From Oligoflexales bacterium (GTDB taxonomy: Bacteria; Bdellovibrionota_B; Oligoflexia; Oligoflexales; JAPPIL01): 64,000 nt of DNA. Under the pieces are notes generated by a model, which saw only the letters and a program-made list of their open reading frames with translations, searched no databases and had not been told where the DNA came from. The stretch covers positions 1,568,001-1,632,000 of the forward strand of contig OZ244057.1 of NCBI GenBank assembly GCA_965215515.1, written 5' to 3'. The position numbers were made by a program, and so were the translations under genes. How positions within the stretch are numbered: the first letter of the stretch is position 1; each line of letters starts with the position of its first letter. This document shows positions 42,303-53,166 of the stretch, in pieces.

Positions 42303-42974
42303 ATGAGTATGGAGGCGGTGATGGCAGGCGTGAGCAAGAGGCTGGATGACATCGACCGTCGTTTGGACCGCATCGCTGAGCTCTATGAGGACATGGCACT
42401 TAGAGAGGCACAGCGGCAGAAGGAAGCTGACCAGCGGCAGAGGGAAGCCGATCAGCGGCAGGCTAGGATCGATCAGCAGTTGGACAAGCTGTCGAGGTCG
42501 ATCAAGGACTTGCGCAAGCATGTCGGTGGGCAGGACAATCGCTGGAGCAGAATCGTCGAGTCACTGGTCGCGGGTCTGAGTGAGGTACTCGCTGTCTCCT
42601 TGCAGATTGAGGTGAATTTCGCCAGCACGCGCGTTAAGGGAACGTATCGAGGCGAAAACTGGGAGATAGACGTGCTGGCAGTCAACGAGGGCACGGTTGT
42701 GCCTGTCGAAGCCAAGACGACGCTGAAGCAAGAGGATGTCGACCATTTCATCGCTCGGATTCCCAGCAGGCTTACCCGCCTCATCCACAGATACAAGCAC
42801 GACAAGATCTACGGGGCGATCGCCTTTGTAAAAAGCGAAGGTAACGAAGATAGCGTCATCAACTATGCACTGAGCAAAGGTCTGATCGTCATCAAAGCCA
42901 TGCGCGGCACGAACCACGTTATCGACCCCCAAAAATATCCGCTCCGTGACTTCAACCCCCGATCTAACATGTGA
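42303..42974 (+). CDS. Coiled-coil + PD-(D/E)XK nuclease-like protein (DUF3782-like)
   Basis: QRQKEAD heptad repeats; EIDVLAVN...VEAK. Confidence 0.7.
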   Translation: MSMEAVMAGVSKRLDDIDRRLDRIAELYEDMALREAQRQKEADQRQREADQRQARIDQQLDKLSRSIKDLRKHVGGQDNRWSRIVESLVAGLSEVLAVSLQIEVNFASTRVKGTYRGENWEIDVLAVNEGTVVPVEAKTTLKQEDVDHFIARIPSRLTRLIHRYKHDKIYGAIAFVKSEGNEDSVINYALSKGLIVIKAMRGTNHVIDPQKYPLRDFNPRSNM

Positions 42975-43013
42975 TGTTGCATGGACAATACCTTCAAAAA
43001 CCAAAAAAATACG

Positions 43014-43042
43014 TTGACAGATGCTGAGCTTTTATCTAGGTT
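43014..43042 (+). promoter_or_regulatory. Sigma70 promoter of the S10 operon
   Basis: TTGACA-17 nt-TAGGTT with an upstream A-rich UP-like tract. Confidence 0.6.
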
Positions 43043-43183
43043 CTGCCCTTCGCCTGCATCACGCTGGAGGACTGTGGTGTCGCAGCGAGGGGGCGGCAGA
43101 TGAAGCCCTCTCCCCGTGTTCCGCCGTTTTTGTTCTCTTTCGTGTGGTAGGTGTCGGTCGCTGTAGTTGGTGCTGAGTTGGAC

Positions 43184-43495
43184 ATGGAGAGCCAGAAAAT
43201 CAGGATAAAACTCAAAGGCTACGACCACAGCTTGGTCGATCAGTCCGCCGCCGAGATCGTCGAGCGCGCCCAGCGCACGGGAGCGCGGGTGGCAGGGCCG
43301 ATTCCCCTACCCACCGCCATCAGCCGCTACACGGTGCTGCGCAGTCCGCACGGCGATAAGAAATCACGCGAACAGTTCGAAGTGCGAGTGCATAAGCGCT
43401 TGCTCGATATTCTGAGCCCCAAACAACAAACGGTCGATGCCCTGATGAAGCTTGATCTCGCCTCAGGCGTGGACGTGGAAGTAAAACTACGATAG
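43184..43495 (+). CDS. rpsJ: 30S ribosomal protein S10
   Basis: [26 protein letters not shown]. Confidence 0.97.
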   Translation: MESQKIRIKLKGYDHSLVDQSAAEIVERAQRTGARVAGPIPLPTAISRYTVLRSPHGDKKSREQFEVRVHKRLLDILSPKQQTVDALMKLDLASGVDVEVKLR

Positions 43496-43503
43496 GGACG
43501 AAG

Positions 43504-44196
43504 ATGAGCGACGTGACTGCCCCGACAAGTACCCCCCCCTCTTCGCTACCCCCACCCCTCTTCGCCCTTATCGGGCGCAAGGCAGGTATGACCCGTATCC
43601 CGCACGAGGGTGAACTGGCCGCGGTAACGCTGATTAAAGTCGAGACACAGAAAATCATCGCCATCATGAACGCCGAACGCAACGGTTATCACGCCCTCAA
43701 GATCGGCTACGACGTGCGCAAGGAAAAACGCCTGCGTAAGCCCGACCGCGGTCGCCTGCGCAAAGCAGGTATCGGCGATAACTTCATCCGCAGCAAAGAG
43801 TTCCGCAGTGCGCAACCCCTGCCCGACGATTGTGTCGGTACAGCCCTGAATGTTGAAATGCTCAGGGAGGTGAAACTGCTCGATGTGCAGGGTATCGTCA
43901 AGGGACGTGGCTTTCAAGGTGCAGTCAAACGCTGGGGACACAAGACAGGACGGCGTACTCACGGCTCGCGCTTCCACCGTCGCCCTGGCTCACTGGGAGG
44001 GCGCGCCGCACCCGCCCGCGTCTTCAAAAACAAAAAACTGCCAGGGCAGATGGGTAACGTCAGATGCACCGTGCAGAGCCTCAAAGTACTCGCAGTCGAT
44101 AGCGAACAACGTGTCGTGGCAGTGAAGGGTGCAGTGCCAGGTCAGCGCGGTGGCTACGTAGTGCTCAAACCCGCCATCAAAGCAGGGCAAGCATGA
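43504..44196 (+). CDS. rplC: 50S ribosomal protein L3
   Basis: [26 protein letters not shown]. Confidence 0.95.
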   Translation: MSDVTAPTSTPPSSLPPPLFALIGRKAGMTRIPHEGELAAVTLIKVETQKIIAIMNAERNGYHALKIGYDVRKEKRLRKPDRGRLRKAGIGDNFIRSKEFRSAQPLPDDCVGTALNVEMLREVKLLDVQGIVKGRGFQGAVKRWGHKTGRRTHGSRFHRRPGSLGGRAAPARVFKNKKLPGQMGNVRCTVQSLKVLAVDSEQRVVAVKGAVPGQRGGYVVLKPAIKAGQA

Positions 44197-44849
44197 AACC
44201 CGTCGTCAGCGTCAAAGATACCAGCGGGACAGAGGTGCGCAAGCTAGAGCTGGACACGGACATCTTCGCCGTTAAACCCAACCCTGGTTTGATCCACGAG
44301 GTCATCGTCAGTCTGCAAGCCAACCAACGGCAAGGTACTCACGCCACCAAAACGCGTGCTCTCGTCAGCGGTGGTGGCAAAAAACCCTTTCGGCAAAAAG
44401 GCACAGGCCAAGCACGACGAGGCTCAAACCGCTCACCCCTGATGCGTGGCGGTGCGATCGTGCACGGGCCGCAGCCGCGTTCCTACCGCCGTACTCTGCC
44501 ACGCAAAATGAAAAACTCGGCCCTGAGAGTCATGCTCTCGGAACGGATGCGCAGCGGCGACCTACACGTCATCGATGCCATCCCTCTGCAAGAATACAAA
44601 ACCAAAAAAATCTGCGCTCTGCTGCAAGTCTTCGGCACACACAAGACACTGCTGTCCGATATCCGCGAGGATGACTTTCTCTACAAATCAGCTCGTAATC
44701 TCTATCGCACTGCGGTCATCGACCCACACACCATCAACGCCCTGCACATCGCCGCACACGACAGCCTGATTATCAGCACCGCCGCTTTGCACATCATCAC
44801 AACAAGACTGGGCGGACGAGAAAAACAACGACAAGAGGCTTCAGCATGA
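44193..44849 (+). CDS. rplD: 50S ribosomal protein L4
   Basis: RQGTHATKTR, KPFRQKGTGQAR. Confidence 0.96.
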   Translation: MKPVVSVKDTSGTEVRKLELDTDIFAVKPNPGLIHEVIVSLQANQRQGTHATKTRALVSGGGKKPFRQKGTGQARRGSNRSPLMRGGAIVHGPQPRSYRRTLPRKMKNSALRVMLSERMRSGDLHVIDAIPLQEYKTKKICALLQVFGTHKTLLSDIREDDFLYKSARNLYRTAVIDPHTINALHIAAHDSLIISTAALHIITTRLGGREKQRQEASA

Positions 44850-45142
44850 ACCGCTTCGCCGTGCTAGACAAGCCTATCATCTCCGAAAAAGGCGGCCAGC
44901 TGCGTGAGAACAACAACAAATACCTGTTCAAAGCCGACCTGCGTGCCAGCAAAACCGACATCAAGCGCGCCGTCGAGAGCATTTTTGCCGTCAGAGTCAC
45001 ACACATCAACACCTGCGTCGTGCGTGGGGCGACCAAACGATATGGGATGCACTCCGCCGTTGTCGGTAAACGTAAAAACTATAAGAAAGCCTACGTCACC
45101 ATCGCGCGAGGCTCTAAGATTGCCATGTTTGAGGACAATTAG
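44846..45142 (+). CDS. rplW: 50S ribosomal protein L23
   Basis: [24 protein letters not shown]. Confidence 0.95.
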   Translation: MNRFAVLDKPIISEKGGQLRENNNKYLFKADLRASKTDIKRAVESIFAVRVTHINTCVVRGATKRYGMHSAVVGKRKNYKKAYVTIARGSKIAMFEDN

Positions 45143-45144
45143 TC

Positions 45145-45942
45145 ATGGGGAAACGCGGCGCGACATGTGTCAACTACCGACCGTTGAGCAGGGTGGACGC
45201 TTTCAAACCACTGCTGGCCAAGCTTAGTAAGAAGTCAGGCCGTAACAGCAACGGACGAGTGACCGTGCGCCATCGTGGCGGACGACACAAGCGTCTCTAC
45301 CGCATCGTAGATTTCAAACGCAACAAATTTGAAGTGCCAGGCAAGGTGGAAACCATCGAGTACGACCCTAATCGTACCTCGTTCATCGCCCGCATCCTCT
45401 ACCGTGATGGTGAACGCCGCTACATCCTCGCTCCGATGAAACTACAAATCGGCATGACCGTCGTCTCTTCCCCACAAGCACCGATTAAGGCAGGCAACGC
45501 CCTGCCTCTGAGCCGTATTCCCTTCGGCACAGTCATTCACAACATCGAAATGAAGCCAGGCAAAGGCGGACAACTCGGTCGCGGTGCGGGGGCGGCTTGC
45601 CAACTGGTAGGGCGGGTCGATGGCAAGGCACAGCTGAAGTTGCCTAGTGGCGAAATGCGCCGTGTGCCAGAAACCTGTCTGGCTACCGTGGGCACAGTGA
45701 GCAATCCTGAACACAGCAACATCAACTATGGCAAAGCAGGACGCAGACGCTGGCTAGGTCATCGACCGAAAGTGCGCGGTGTGGCGATGAATCCCGTCGA
45801 TCACCCGCATGGCGGCGGTGAAGGTAAAACCTCAGGCGGTCGCCATCCCGTCACTCCGTGGTCGAAACCCACCAAAGGCTACAAGACAAGGCGCAACAAG
45901 CGTACCACCAAAGACATAATTCGCCGCAGAGGAGCAAAGTAA
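45145..45942 (+). CDS. rplB: 50S ribosomal protein L2
   Basis: [22 protein letters not shown]. Confidence 0.97.
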   Translation: MGKRGATCVNYRPLSRVDAFKPLLAKLSKKSGRNSNGRVTVRHRGGRHKRLYRIVDFKRNKFEVPGKVETIEYDPNRTSFIARILYRDGERRYILAPMKLQIGMTVVSSPQAPIKAGNALPLSRIPFGTVIHNIEMKPGKGGQLGRGAGAACQLVGRVDGKAQLKLPSGEMRRVPETCLATVGTVSNPEHSNINYGKAGRRRWLGHRPKVRGVAMNPVDHPHGGGEGKTSGGRHPVTPWSKPTKGYKTRRNKRTTKDIIRRRGAK

Positions 45943-46217
45943 TGCCGCGTTCAGTAAAAAAAGATCCCTTTGTTGCCGATTATCTGCTAAGGAAGGCCGA
46001 CAAGGCGCGGCAGGATAAGAAGCCGATTAAGACCTGGAGTCGGCGTTCGACTATCATCCCCAGTTTTGTGGGCTTGACCTTTGCGGTGCACAATGGCAAA
46101 AAATTCGTCCCCGTTTATGTCACCGAGAACATGGTGGGACACAAGCTGGGAGAGTTTTCTCCCACCCGCACCTATCACGGGCATGGCGACGATAAAGCCA
46201 AGAGAGGGAAAAAATAA
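45942..46217 (+). CDS. rpsS: 30S ribosomal protein S19
   Basis: [22 protein letters not shown]. Confidence 0.97.
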   Translation: MPRSVKKDPFVADYLLRKADKARQDKKPIKTWSRRSTIIPSFVGLTFAVHNGKKFVPVYVTENMVGHKLGEFSPTRTYHGHGDDKAKRGKK

Positions 46218-46219
46218 CC

Positions 46220-46558
46220 ATGCCAGCAGCATATACCGCTAAGCTGCACCGTTTCCGTGTCGCCCCCCGCAAGGCGCGTCTAGTCGCTGACCTTGTGCGT
46301 GGCCAGCACGTGCAGCGTGCCCAAGACCTGCTGCGCACCACACACAAGAAGAGTGCCCCCATCATGGCCAAATTGCTCGACTCCGCACTCGCTAATCTGC
46401 GCAGCACCACAACGATCGATGAGGAGCGGCTGGTGGTGAAGGAAATTTTCGTTGACGAAGGCCCCACCATGCGGCGTTTTATTCCGCGTGCGAGAGGTCG
46501 CGCTTCCCCCATCAGGAAACGCACCTCACACATCACCTTGAAACTAGAGGAGCTGTAA
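46220..46558 (+). CDS. rplV: 50S ribosomal protein L22
   Basis: [21 protein letters not shown]. Confidence 0.96.
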   Translation: MPAAYTAKLHRFRVAPRKARLVADLVRGQHVQRAQDLLRTTHKKSAPIMAKLLDSALANLRSTTTIDEERLVVKEIFVDEGPTMRRFIPRARGRASPIRKRTSHITLKLEEL

Positions 46559-47193
46559 TGGGGCAGAAGGTCAACCCGATCGGGTTTCGCTTAGGAATCA
46601 ACACCAACTGGTCTTCTCGCTGGTTCGCCGACCGCAACTACGCTGAGTTGCTCAAGGAAGACATGCGCCTGCGTGCCTTCGTCGAAAAGAAATTCGAGAT
46701 GACAGGTATCGACCGTATCGAAATCGAACGTGCCTCGAAAAGCTTGAAAGTCAACATCTACAGCAGCCGCCCAGGTATCATCATCGGCAAGAAGGGTGCG
46801 GGAGCAGAAAGCCTGAAATCCGAGCTGACTAGACTCTGCCGAGTGCGGTCGGGCGAGCCGATCCTCAATGTCTATGAAGTTAAAAAACCCAACTTATCGG
46901 CACGCTTGGTGGCCGACAACATTCGGCAACAACTGGTGCGGCGAGTATCGTTTCGACGTGCGATGAAAAAGGCGCTCGCCAACACCGTCAAAGCAGGAGC
47001 ACGTGGCGTGAAGATCACCTGCCGCGGTCGTCTTGGTGGAGCAGAGATGTCACGAGTCGAACAATACAAAGAGGGGCGTGTGCCGTTGCACACCCTCCGT
47101 GCCGACATCGACTACGGGACGGCAGAAGCCTTGACTACCTACGGACTGATTGGTATCAAGGTATGGATTTTCCGTGACGAAGTGTTGCGCTAG
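46558..47193 (+). CDS. rpsC: 30S ribosomal protein S3
   Basis: [27 protein letters not shown]. Confidence 0.97.
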   Translation: MGQKVNPIGFRLGINTNWSSRWFADRNYAELLKEDMRLRAFVEKKFEMTGIDRIEIERASKSLKVNIYSSRPGIIIGKKGAGAESLKSELTRLCRVRSGEPILNVYEVKKPNLSARLVADNIRQQLVRRVSFRRAMKKALANTVKAGARGVKITCRGRLGGAEMSRVEQYKEGRVPLHTLRADIDYGTAEALTTYGLIGIKVWIFRDEVLR

Positions 47194-47214
47194 ACAGAAA
47201 AGTGAGGCGCTGCT

Positions 47215-47655
47215 GTGCTCGCACCCAAGAAAATGAAATTTCGCAAGATGCACAAGACACACATCAAAGGTGACAGCAAGGGCGGTACAGAGCTAGCCTT
47301 CGGCAGTTACGGTTTGGTGGCCACCGAGACGGGTTACATCACCGCACGACAGATCGAAGCGGCGAGGATCGCGATGACACGACACATTAAACGCGGCGGT
47401 AAGGTATGGATTAAAGTCTTCCCCCACAAGCCCGTGACCAAGAAGGCCGCGGAGACACGTATGGGTAGCGGTAAAGGGGCTGTCGATCATTACGTCTCCC
47501 CCGTTGCGCCAGGCTTGATTCTTTACGAGATGGCCGATGTCAGCGCGATTGTTGCCGCCCGTGCTCTGACCCTAGCTGCCTCAAAGTTGCCTTTCAAGAC
47601 ACGCCTGTTGATGCGCAACACAGATGCCTGGGAGCAAACACGTGGAGCTAGCTAA
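47215..47655 (+). CDS. rplP: 50S ribosomal protein L16
   Basis: [16 protein letters not shown]. Confidence 0.97.
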   Translation: MLAPKKMKFRKMHKTHIKGDSKGGTELAFGSYGLVATETGYITARQIEAARIAMTRHIKRGGKVWIKVFPHKPVTKKAAETRMGSGKGAVDHYVSPVAPGLILYEMADVSAIVAARALTLAASKLPFKTRLLMRNTDAWEQTRGAS

Positions 47656-47661
47656 CTAACG

Positions 47662-47922
47662 ATGGTGGAAATCAGAAAAATGAGCGCCGCCGACATGAAA
47701 GAGACGGAGGAAAACGTGCGAGAACGGCTGGCAACAAACAGATTACATGCACCGCTCAACAAAGAAGGCATTAACCTCAGCCAACAACGCGGGTTGCGGC
47801 GAGTGCTGGCACGCATACTGACTGTTCGTACCGAACGACAAGATCGCGTGACAACACCCGCGGTGAAAAAGCTACCGACAGCAGAGGCAATACAGGCCCA
47901 GGAGATGCGGGACGATGAGTGA
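47662..47922 (+). CDS. rpmC: 50S ribosomal protein L29 (divergent)
   Basis: Position between rplP and rpsQ; EIRKMS...LRRVLARILTV. Confidence 0.8.
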   Translation: MVEIRKMSAADMKETEENVRERLATNRLHAPLNKEGINLSQQRGLRRVLARILTVRTERQDRVTTPAVKKLPTAEAIQAQEMRDDE

Positions 47923-48178
47923 AACACAAGCGAGCATCAAAACACTGAAGGGTGTGGTGACCAGTGCTGCACTGACCAAGACTCGCACCCTGCGTATCGA
48001 GCGTCTGGTCAAGCATCCCACCTACCACAAGTACATCAAACGCACGACGAAGATTCTCTTTCACGACGAAGAAAACAAATCACAAGTCGGCGACGAGGTG
48101 CTGGTGCGCCCCTGTCGGCCACGCAGTAGACGCAAAAGTTTCAGTTTGTGGGAAATCGTCAAGGTGGCTGCGAAATGA
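47915..48178 (+). CDS. rpsQ: 30S ribosomal protein S17
   Basis: [20 protein letters not shown]. Confidence 0.95.
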   Translation: MSETQASIKTLKGVVTSAALTKTRTLRIERLVKHPTYHKYIKRTTKILFHDEENKSQVGDEVLVRPCRPRSRRKSFSLWEIVKVAAK

Positions 48179-48543
48179 TTCAAATGGAAAGCATGCTGCA
48201 AAGCGGCGATAATTCAGGCGCACGGAGGCTGAAGTGTTTCAAAATTCCAGGTGGCACGAACCGTCGCTACGCCGCACCTGGCGACATTATTATCGTCTCG
48301 GTGCGTGAGGTTTTGCCAGGCAGTAAAACTAAAAAAGGCAGCGTGCACCGCGCCGTCGTCGTGCGCACCAAGAAAGAAGTATCGCGTAAAGATGGCACAA
48401 CGATTAGGTTTGACGAAAATGCCTGCGTCCTGGTCAACAAAGACAACGAGCCGATCGGCACGCGTATCTTCGGGCCCGTGGCACGGGAGATCCGTAGTCG
48501 TGGCTTTATCAGAATCGCCTCACTTGCACCAGAGGTAGTGTAG
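48175..48543 (+). CDS. rplN: 50S ribosomal protein L14
   Basis: [23 protein letters not shown]. Confidence 0.97.
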   Translation: MIQMESMLQSGDNSGARRLKCFKIPGGTNRRYAAPGDIIIVSVREVLPGSKTKKGSVHRAVVVRTKKEVSRKDGTTIRFDENACVLVNKDNEPIGTRIFGPVAREIRSRGFIRIASLAPEVV

Positions 48544-49113
48544 ATGGCAGAGAAGACCGCAACAACAACCACGATGCCTGTGTTCAAGCAGGCGTACCAG
48601 CAGTTTCGCCGTGAACTGCAAAGTGAGCTGGGCTTAAAGAACATCATGCAAGTGCCACGCCTACAGAAAATCGTCGTCAATATCGGCAAAGGCGAGGCAG
48701 CGCAGAACATCAAGCTGCTGGACAGTTCGTTGCAGGAATTAGCCCGTATCACAGGACAGAAAGCCGCCGTGCGGCGTGCCAAGAAGAGCATCGCAGGATT
48801 CAAAATTCGTGACGGCATGCCGATCGGTTGTATGGTGACCCTGCGCCGTGACAGAATGTACGAGTTTTTCTACCGCCTGATCAACATCGCCGTGCCCCGT
48901 ATCCGCGACTTCCGAGGCTACCCTCCCAAGTCGTTCGACGGGCGGGGGAACTACTCGTTGGGGATCGCGGAACAGATTATCTTCCCCGAAATAGATTACG
49001 ATAAAGTCGAAAAAATCAGCGGTTTGTCGATAACTGTCGTTACTTCGGCAACCGACGATATGACCGCCAAAGCCCTGCTGGATCGGTTTAAATTTCCCTT
49101 TAAGAAGAGTTAA
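48544..49113 (+). CDS. rplE: 50S ribosomal protein L5
   Basis: [24 protein letters not shown]. Confidence 0.97.
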   Translation: MAEKTATTTTMPVFKQAYQQFRRELQSELGLKNIMQVPRLQKIVVNIGKGEAAQNIKLLDSSLQELARITGQKAAVRRAKKSIAGFKIRDGMPIGCMVTLRRDRMYEFFYRLINIAVPRIRDFRGYPPKSFDGRGNYSLGIAEQIIFPEIDYDKVEKISGLSITVVTSATDDMTAKALLDRFKFPFKKS

Positions 49114-49123
49114 GAGGTGGAGT

Positions 49124-49309
49124 TTGGCACGTAAATCTTTGATCGCTAAGGCAAGCCGTAAACCGAAGTTCGCAGTGCGTGCCTATACCCGCTGTAGCCG
49201 CTGCGGGCGGTCAAAGGCAGTTTACCGTAAGTTCCTGATCTGCCGTATCTGTTTTCGCCTCATGGCATTGGCTGGGCTGTTGCCTGGCGTGAAAAAATCG
49301 TCGTGGTAA
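49124..49309 (+). CDS. rpsN: 30S ribosomal protein S14, zinc-binding type
   Basis: 61 aa with CSRC...CRIC. Confidence 0.95.
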   Translation: MARKSLIAKASRKPKFAVRAYTRCSRCGRSKAVYRKFLICRICFRLMALAGLLPGVKKSSW

Positions 49310-49322
49310 AGGAGAAAAGACC

Positions 49323-49754
49323 GTGAATACCGACCCGATCGCTGATCTTCTCACCCGTGTCCGTAACGGGCAACGAGCTGGTAACGAAGTGATCAGCGTT
49401 CCCGCATCGCACATCAAGATAGCCATCGCTCACATTCTCAAGAAAGAAGGGTTCATCACTAACTACCGCTGTATTCGCGATGGCAAACAGGGTCTGCTGA
49501 AAGTTACCCTGAAATACCGAGAGCGCGGCGCTAGCGAACAACAGCAAGCCTTCACAGACGGAGTGCATGGTGTGATCAGGGAAATCAAACGTCTCAGCCG
49601 TCCTGGTTGTCGGTGGTACGTGGGGAGCAAAGAGATTCCACTGGTCAAAAACGGTTTCGGCATCGTCGTGCTCTCAACCTCGCGGGGAATCATGACCGAT
49701 CGTGAGGCACGGCGACACGGTACAGGGGGGGAACTGTTGTGCTCGGTATACTGA
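49323..49754 (+). CDS. rpsH: 30S ribosomal protein S8
   Basis: DPIADLLTRVRN, SRPG, STSRG. Confidence 0.96.
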   Translation: MNTDPIADLLTRVRNGQRAGNEVISVPASHIKIAIAHILKKEGFITNYRCIRDGKQGLLKVTLKYRERGASEQQQAFTDGVHGVIREIKRLSRPGCRWYVGSKEIPLVKNGFGIVVLSTSRGIMTDREARRHGTGGELLCSVY

Positions 49755-49764
49755 GGAAGCTAGC

Positions 49765-50307
49765 ATGTCGCGGATAGGCGAGTTGCCCATCACCCTGCCG
49801 AGTGGAGTCGCGATCAAGATCGACCACGATGTCGTCACAGTCAAGGGTGCGAGGGGGGAGTTGCAACAAAAAATTCACCCCAGCACGCAGGTTACCCAGG
49901 AAGGCGACAAGCTGTCGGTCGCCTTGCGCGACAAAAACAAGGAAAATAAAAAGTTTCATGGTCTGATGCGCACCCTGGTCAACAACATGGTTATCGGGGT
50001 GACGGAAGGATTCACCAAAGAGCTGCTGATGGTCGGAGTTGGTTACCGTGCAGTGATGAAAGGCAAGGTGCTAAACTTGAGTCTCGGTTACAGTCATCCC
50101 ATCGCCTTCACACCGCTGGAAGGAGTGACGGTGCAGGTAGGCAAACAAAACAATATTGTCATCAGCGGCGCAAACAAGGAACATGTCGGACGTACTGCGG
50201 CGATTATCCGAGGCTTCCGTAAACCAGAGCCGTACCACGGCAAGGGTGTGCGCTATAAGGATGAAGTCATCGCCACGAAAGTCGGCAAGTCAGGGGCCAA
50301 GAAGTAA
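49765..50307 (+). CDS. rplF: 50S ribosomal protein L6
   Basis: MSRIG, GVGYRA, PEPYHGKGVRY. Confidence 0.97.
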   Translation: MSRIGELPITLPSGVAIKIDHDVVTVKGARGELQQKIHPSTQVTQEGDKLSVALRDKNKENKKFHGLMRTLVNNMVIGVTEGFTKELLMVGVGYRAVMKGKVLNLSLGYSHPIAFTPLEGVTVQVGKQNNIVISGANKEHVGRTAAIIRGFRKPEPYHGKGVRYKDEVIATKVGKSGAKK

Positions 50308-50309
50308 GC

Positions 50310-50666
50310 ATGAAGAAACAAACACTGAAATTGAGACTACTGCTGCGACGGAAGAAACGCATCCGCAAAAAAATCAGCGGAACGGCGACACGTCCCCGCC
50401 TCTCGGTGTTTCGCTCGGCACGGCACATCTACGTGCAGATAATCGACGATGTGCAACAACACACACTGGTGGCGGTCAGTTCGTTCGGTAAAGGTGGGAT
50501 GGCGCGCGCTGATGTCGGCAACTGCAAGATACTAGGGAAGAAACTCGCCGCGGCCTGCTTGGCCAAGGAAGTGAACACCGTCGTGTTCGATCGTAATGGC
50601 TGTAACTATCACGGCCGCCTGAAAGCATTAGCCGAGGGTGTGCGCGAAGGAGGGGTGAAGTTTTGA
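50310..50666 (+). CDS. rplR: 50S ribosomal protein L18
   Basis: RPRLSVFRS, VFDRNG..YHGR. Confidence 0.96.
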   Translation: MKKQTLKLRLLLRRKKRIRKKISGTATRPRLSVFRSARHIYVQIIDDVQQHTLVAVSSFGKGGMARADVGNCKILGKKLAAACLAKEVNTVVFDRNGCNYHGRLKALAEGVREGGVKF

Positions 50667-51193
50667 CCGATAAGAATCCATTTGGAGTTGGTGGCGAGCC
50701 TGTCGCGGAAGGGTTGCAGGATCGCGTCATTCACGTCGCACGCGTCGCGAAGGTCGTCAAAGGCGGTCGCCGCTTTAGTTTCAGTGCTTCCGTGGTGGTC
50801 GGTGATGGTGTGAGTAGGGTCGGTTACGGCTTGGGCAAGGCGACCGAAGTGCCCGAAGCAATTCGTAAAGGAGCAGAACAGGCACGCAAAGGTTTAACCG
50901 AGATCGCCATCGTCGATGGCACGATTCCCTTCCCTGCCATCGGTTGTCACGGCTCGTCGCGAGTGTTGATGTACCCTGGACGGAAAGGCAAGGGGATCAT
51001 CGCAGGCGGTGCAGTGCGAGTCATCGTCGAGTTGGCGGGAATTTCTGACATCGTATGCAAGGTACACGGCACGAAAAATTTTCATAACGTCATCAGGGCG
51101 ACCATGGACGGTTTAATCCAGATGATTTCAATCGCCGAGTACGCCGCTTTTCGTGACAAGTCAGTTGAATATTTTGCACAGGGTATTGGATAA
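50663..51193 (+). CDS. rpsE: 30S ribosomal protein S5
   Basis: RVAKVVKGGRRFSF. Confidence 0.97.
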   Translation: MTDKNPFGVGGEPVAEGLQDRVIHVARVAKVVKGGRRFSFSASVVVGDGVSRVGYGLGKATEVPEAIRKGAEQARKGLTEIAIVDGTIPFPAIGCHGSSRVLMYPGRKGKGIIAGGAVRVIVELAGISDIVCKVHGTKNFHNVIRATMDGLIQMISIAEYAAFRDKSVEYFAQGIG

Positions 51194-51198
51194 GAAGC

Positions 51199-51390
51199 GT
51201 GGACAAGATCGTCATTCGCCAAAAACGCAGTTTGATCGGACAACCCCAAAGAATGTGCCGTGTAGTGCGCGGGCTAGGTCTACGACATGTTGGACACACC
51301 GTAGTCAAGAAAGATACCGACTGTATCCGCGGCATCGTCAACAAAGCAATACACCTGTTGGAATACAAGCTGGAACGAGGTGTCTTATGA
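51199..51390 (+). CDS. rpmD: 50S ribosomal protein L30
   Basis: RSLIG...LGLR; position. Confidence 0.9.
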   Translation: MDKIVIRQKRSLIGQPQRMCRVVRGLGLRHVGHTVVKKDTDCIRGIVNKAIHLLEYKLERGVL

Positions 51391-51836
51391 CAACATTGCA
51401 TAACTTGCGCCCCAACGCAGGAGCGAAACAAGCACGCAAACGTCTAGGACGTGGCATCGGTTCAGGCACGGGGAAAACCGCAGGCAAAGGGCATAAAGGG
51501 CAGACAGCTCGACGTGGCGGCAAAATCGCCTGTGGTTTCGAGGGTGGACAGACTCCACTCTACCGCCGTTTGCCCAAGCGCGGTTTCCGCAATATCTTCA
51601 GAACCGTTTACGAAGTGATGACGGTGGAGAAACTTAATCGCTTTGAGACAGGCACAGAGGTCGGCACGGCACAGCTGAAAGAGAAAAAACTGGTGTCGTT
51701 GACCAAAAACAAAAAACTCAAAATTATCGGCACGAGCAAGCTGACACGTAGTCTGACCGTCTCGGCACATAAGTTCAGTAAGGGGGCGCGGGAGGCGATC
51801 ACCGCGGCGGGGGGACAATGTCGAGAGCTATCGTGA
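51387..51836 (+). CDS. rplO: 50S ribosomal protein L15
   Basis: GRGIGSG.GKT, FEGGQTPLYRRLPKRGF. Confidence 0.97.
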   Translation: MTTLHNLRPNAGAKQARKRLGRGIGSGTGKTAGKGHKGQTARRGGKIACGFEGGQTPLYRRLPKRGFRNIFRTVYEVMTVEKLNRFETGTEVGTAQLKEKKLVSLTKNKKLKIIGTSKLTRSLTVSAHKFSKGAREAITAAGGQCRELS

Positions 51837-51846
51837 AGGTGTCCCC

Positions 51847-53166
51847 GTGAACCTCGTCAGCAGCATGCCAGCTGGAAAACTCAACCACTTGCAGCGCAAG
51901 ATTCTATTCACGCTGGCCTTCCTCGCCGTCTATCGTGTCGGTGTGCACATACCTATCCCTGGCGTGGATACGGTGGCACTGGCTGAATTCTTCGATCAAC
52001 AGGGCGGCAACCTCCTGGGTATGTTCAACATGTTTTCAGGCGGGGCACTGGAACGTTTCAGTGTCTTTGCGCTAGGAGTGATGCCCTATATCTCCGCGTC
52101 CATCATTTCGCAGCTGCTGACGGTGGTCGTGCCCCAGCTGGAAGCTCTGTCCAAAGAAGGCGATGCAGGGCGCAAAAAAATCAACCAATACACCCGTTAT
52201 GGCACGATCGTGCTGGCGTTGATTCAGGGGTTCATGATTGCCAACACTCTGGAAGGCTCGAATTTTCTCGGACGTAGCTTGGTTCTCAGTGGCGGTCTCG
52301 GCTGGAAATTAAACACCACCCTTTCACTGACTGCAGGCACGGCTTTCGTGATGTGGTTGGGCGAGCAGATTACCGCGCGGGGAGTAGGCAACGGTATTTC
52401 GCTGATAATTTTCGCAGGTATTGTGGCAGGGTTGCCAGGCTTGATCGGCAATACCTACACGCAGTATACGAGCGCACAACTCGACCTGTTCCGTATCGTG
52501 ATCATCCTCTTCGTCGTTATCGCCGTGGTCGCGGGTGTCGTCTATGTCGAGCAGGCGGCACGACAGATACCCGTGCAGTACGCCAAACGGCAGGTGGGAC
52601 GACGGGTCTATGGAGGGCAGAACACCCATCTGCCCGTGCGAGTCAACCCTGCAGGCGTGATTCCACCCATCTTCGCCAGCTCGATGTTGCAGTTTCCCGT
52701 GACGATGGGAGCGCTGTACCCTAACTCGTGGATGGGTGATTTTCTGAACAGCGTCTTCGGTCCTGGCGAGTGGCTCTACAACTCGGTCTACGTGTCGTTG
52801 ATAATTTTCTTCACCTTCTTCTACACCTCCATCACCTTCAAATCTGACGATATCGCGGAAAACTTAAAGAAATATGGCGGTTTCGTGCCTGGCATCAGAC
52901 CAGGAGGCCGCACGGCAGAGTATATCAACAAGGTGGTAACTCGCCTGGTGTTGTGGGGTTCGGTCTACCTGTCGGCGGTGTGCGTATTGCCTGTCATCCT
53001 GACGGGTAAATTCAACATCCAGTTTTTCTTCGGGGGTACGAGCCTGTTGATTGTAGTGGGGGTTGCACTGGATACGTTTCGCCAAATCGAATCGCAACGG
53101 CAGTCGTTGCGTTACGACGCGTTTCTGAAGAAGAACACTATTCGTTCGCGGGGAGGGCGGTTGTGA
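51847..53166 (+). CDS. secY: Preprotein translocase subunit SecY
   Basis: FALGVMPYISASII, GNGISLIIF, GGTSLLIVVGV. Confidence 0.98.
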   Translation: MNLVSSMPAGKLNHLQRKILFTLAFLAVYRVGVHIPIPGVDTVALAEFFDQQGGNLLGMFNMFSGGALERFSVFALGVMPYISASIISQLLTVVVPQLEALSKEGDAGRKKINQYTRYGTIVLALIQGFMIANTLEGSNFLGRSLVLSGGLGWKLNTTLSLTAGTAFVMWLGEQITARGVGNGISLIIFAGIVAGLPGLIGNTYTQYTSAQLDLFRIVIILFVVIAVVAGVVYVEQAARQIPVQYAKRQVGRRVYGGQNTHLPVRVNPAGVIPPIFASSMLQFPVTMGALYPNSWMGDFLNSVFGPGEWLYNSVYVSLIIFFTFFYTSITFKSDDIAENLKKYGGFVPGIRPGGRTAEYINKVVTRLVLWGSVYLSAVCVLPVILTGKFNIQFFFGGTSLLIVVGVALDTFRQIESQRQSLRYDAFLKKNTIRSRGGRL

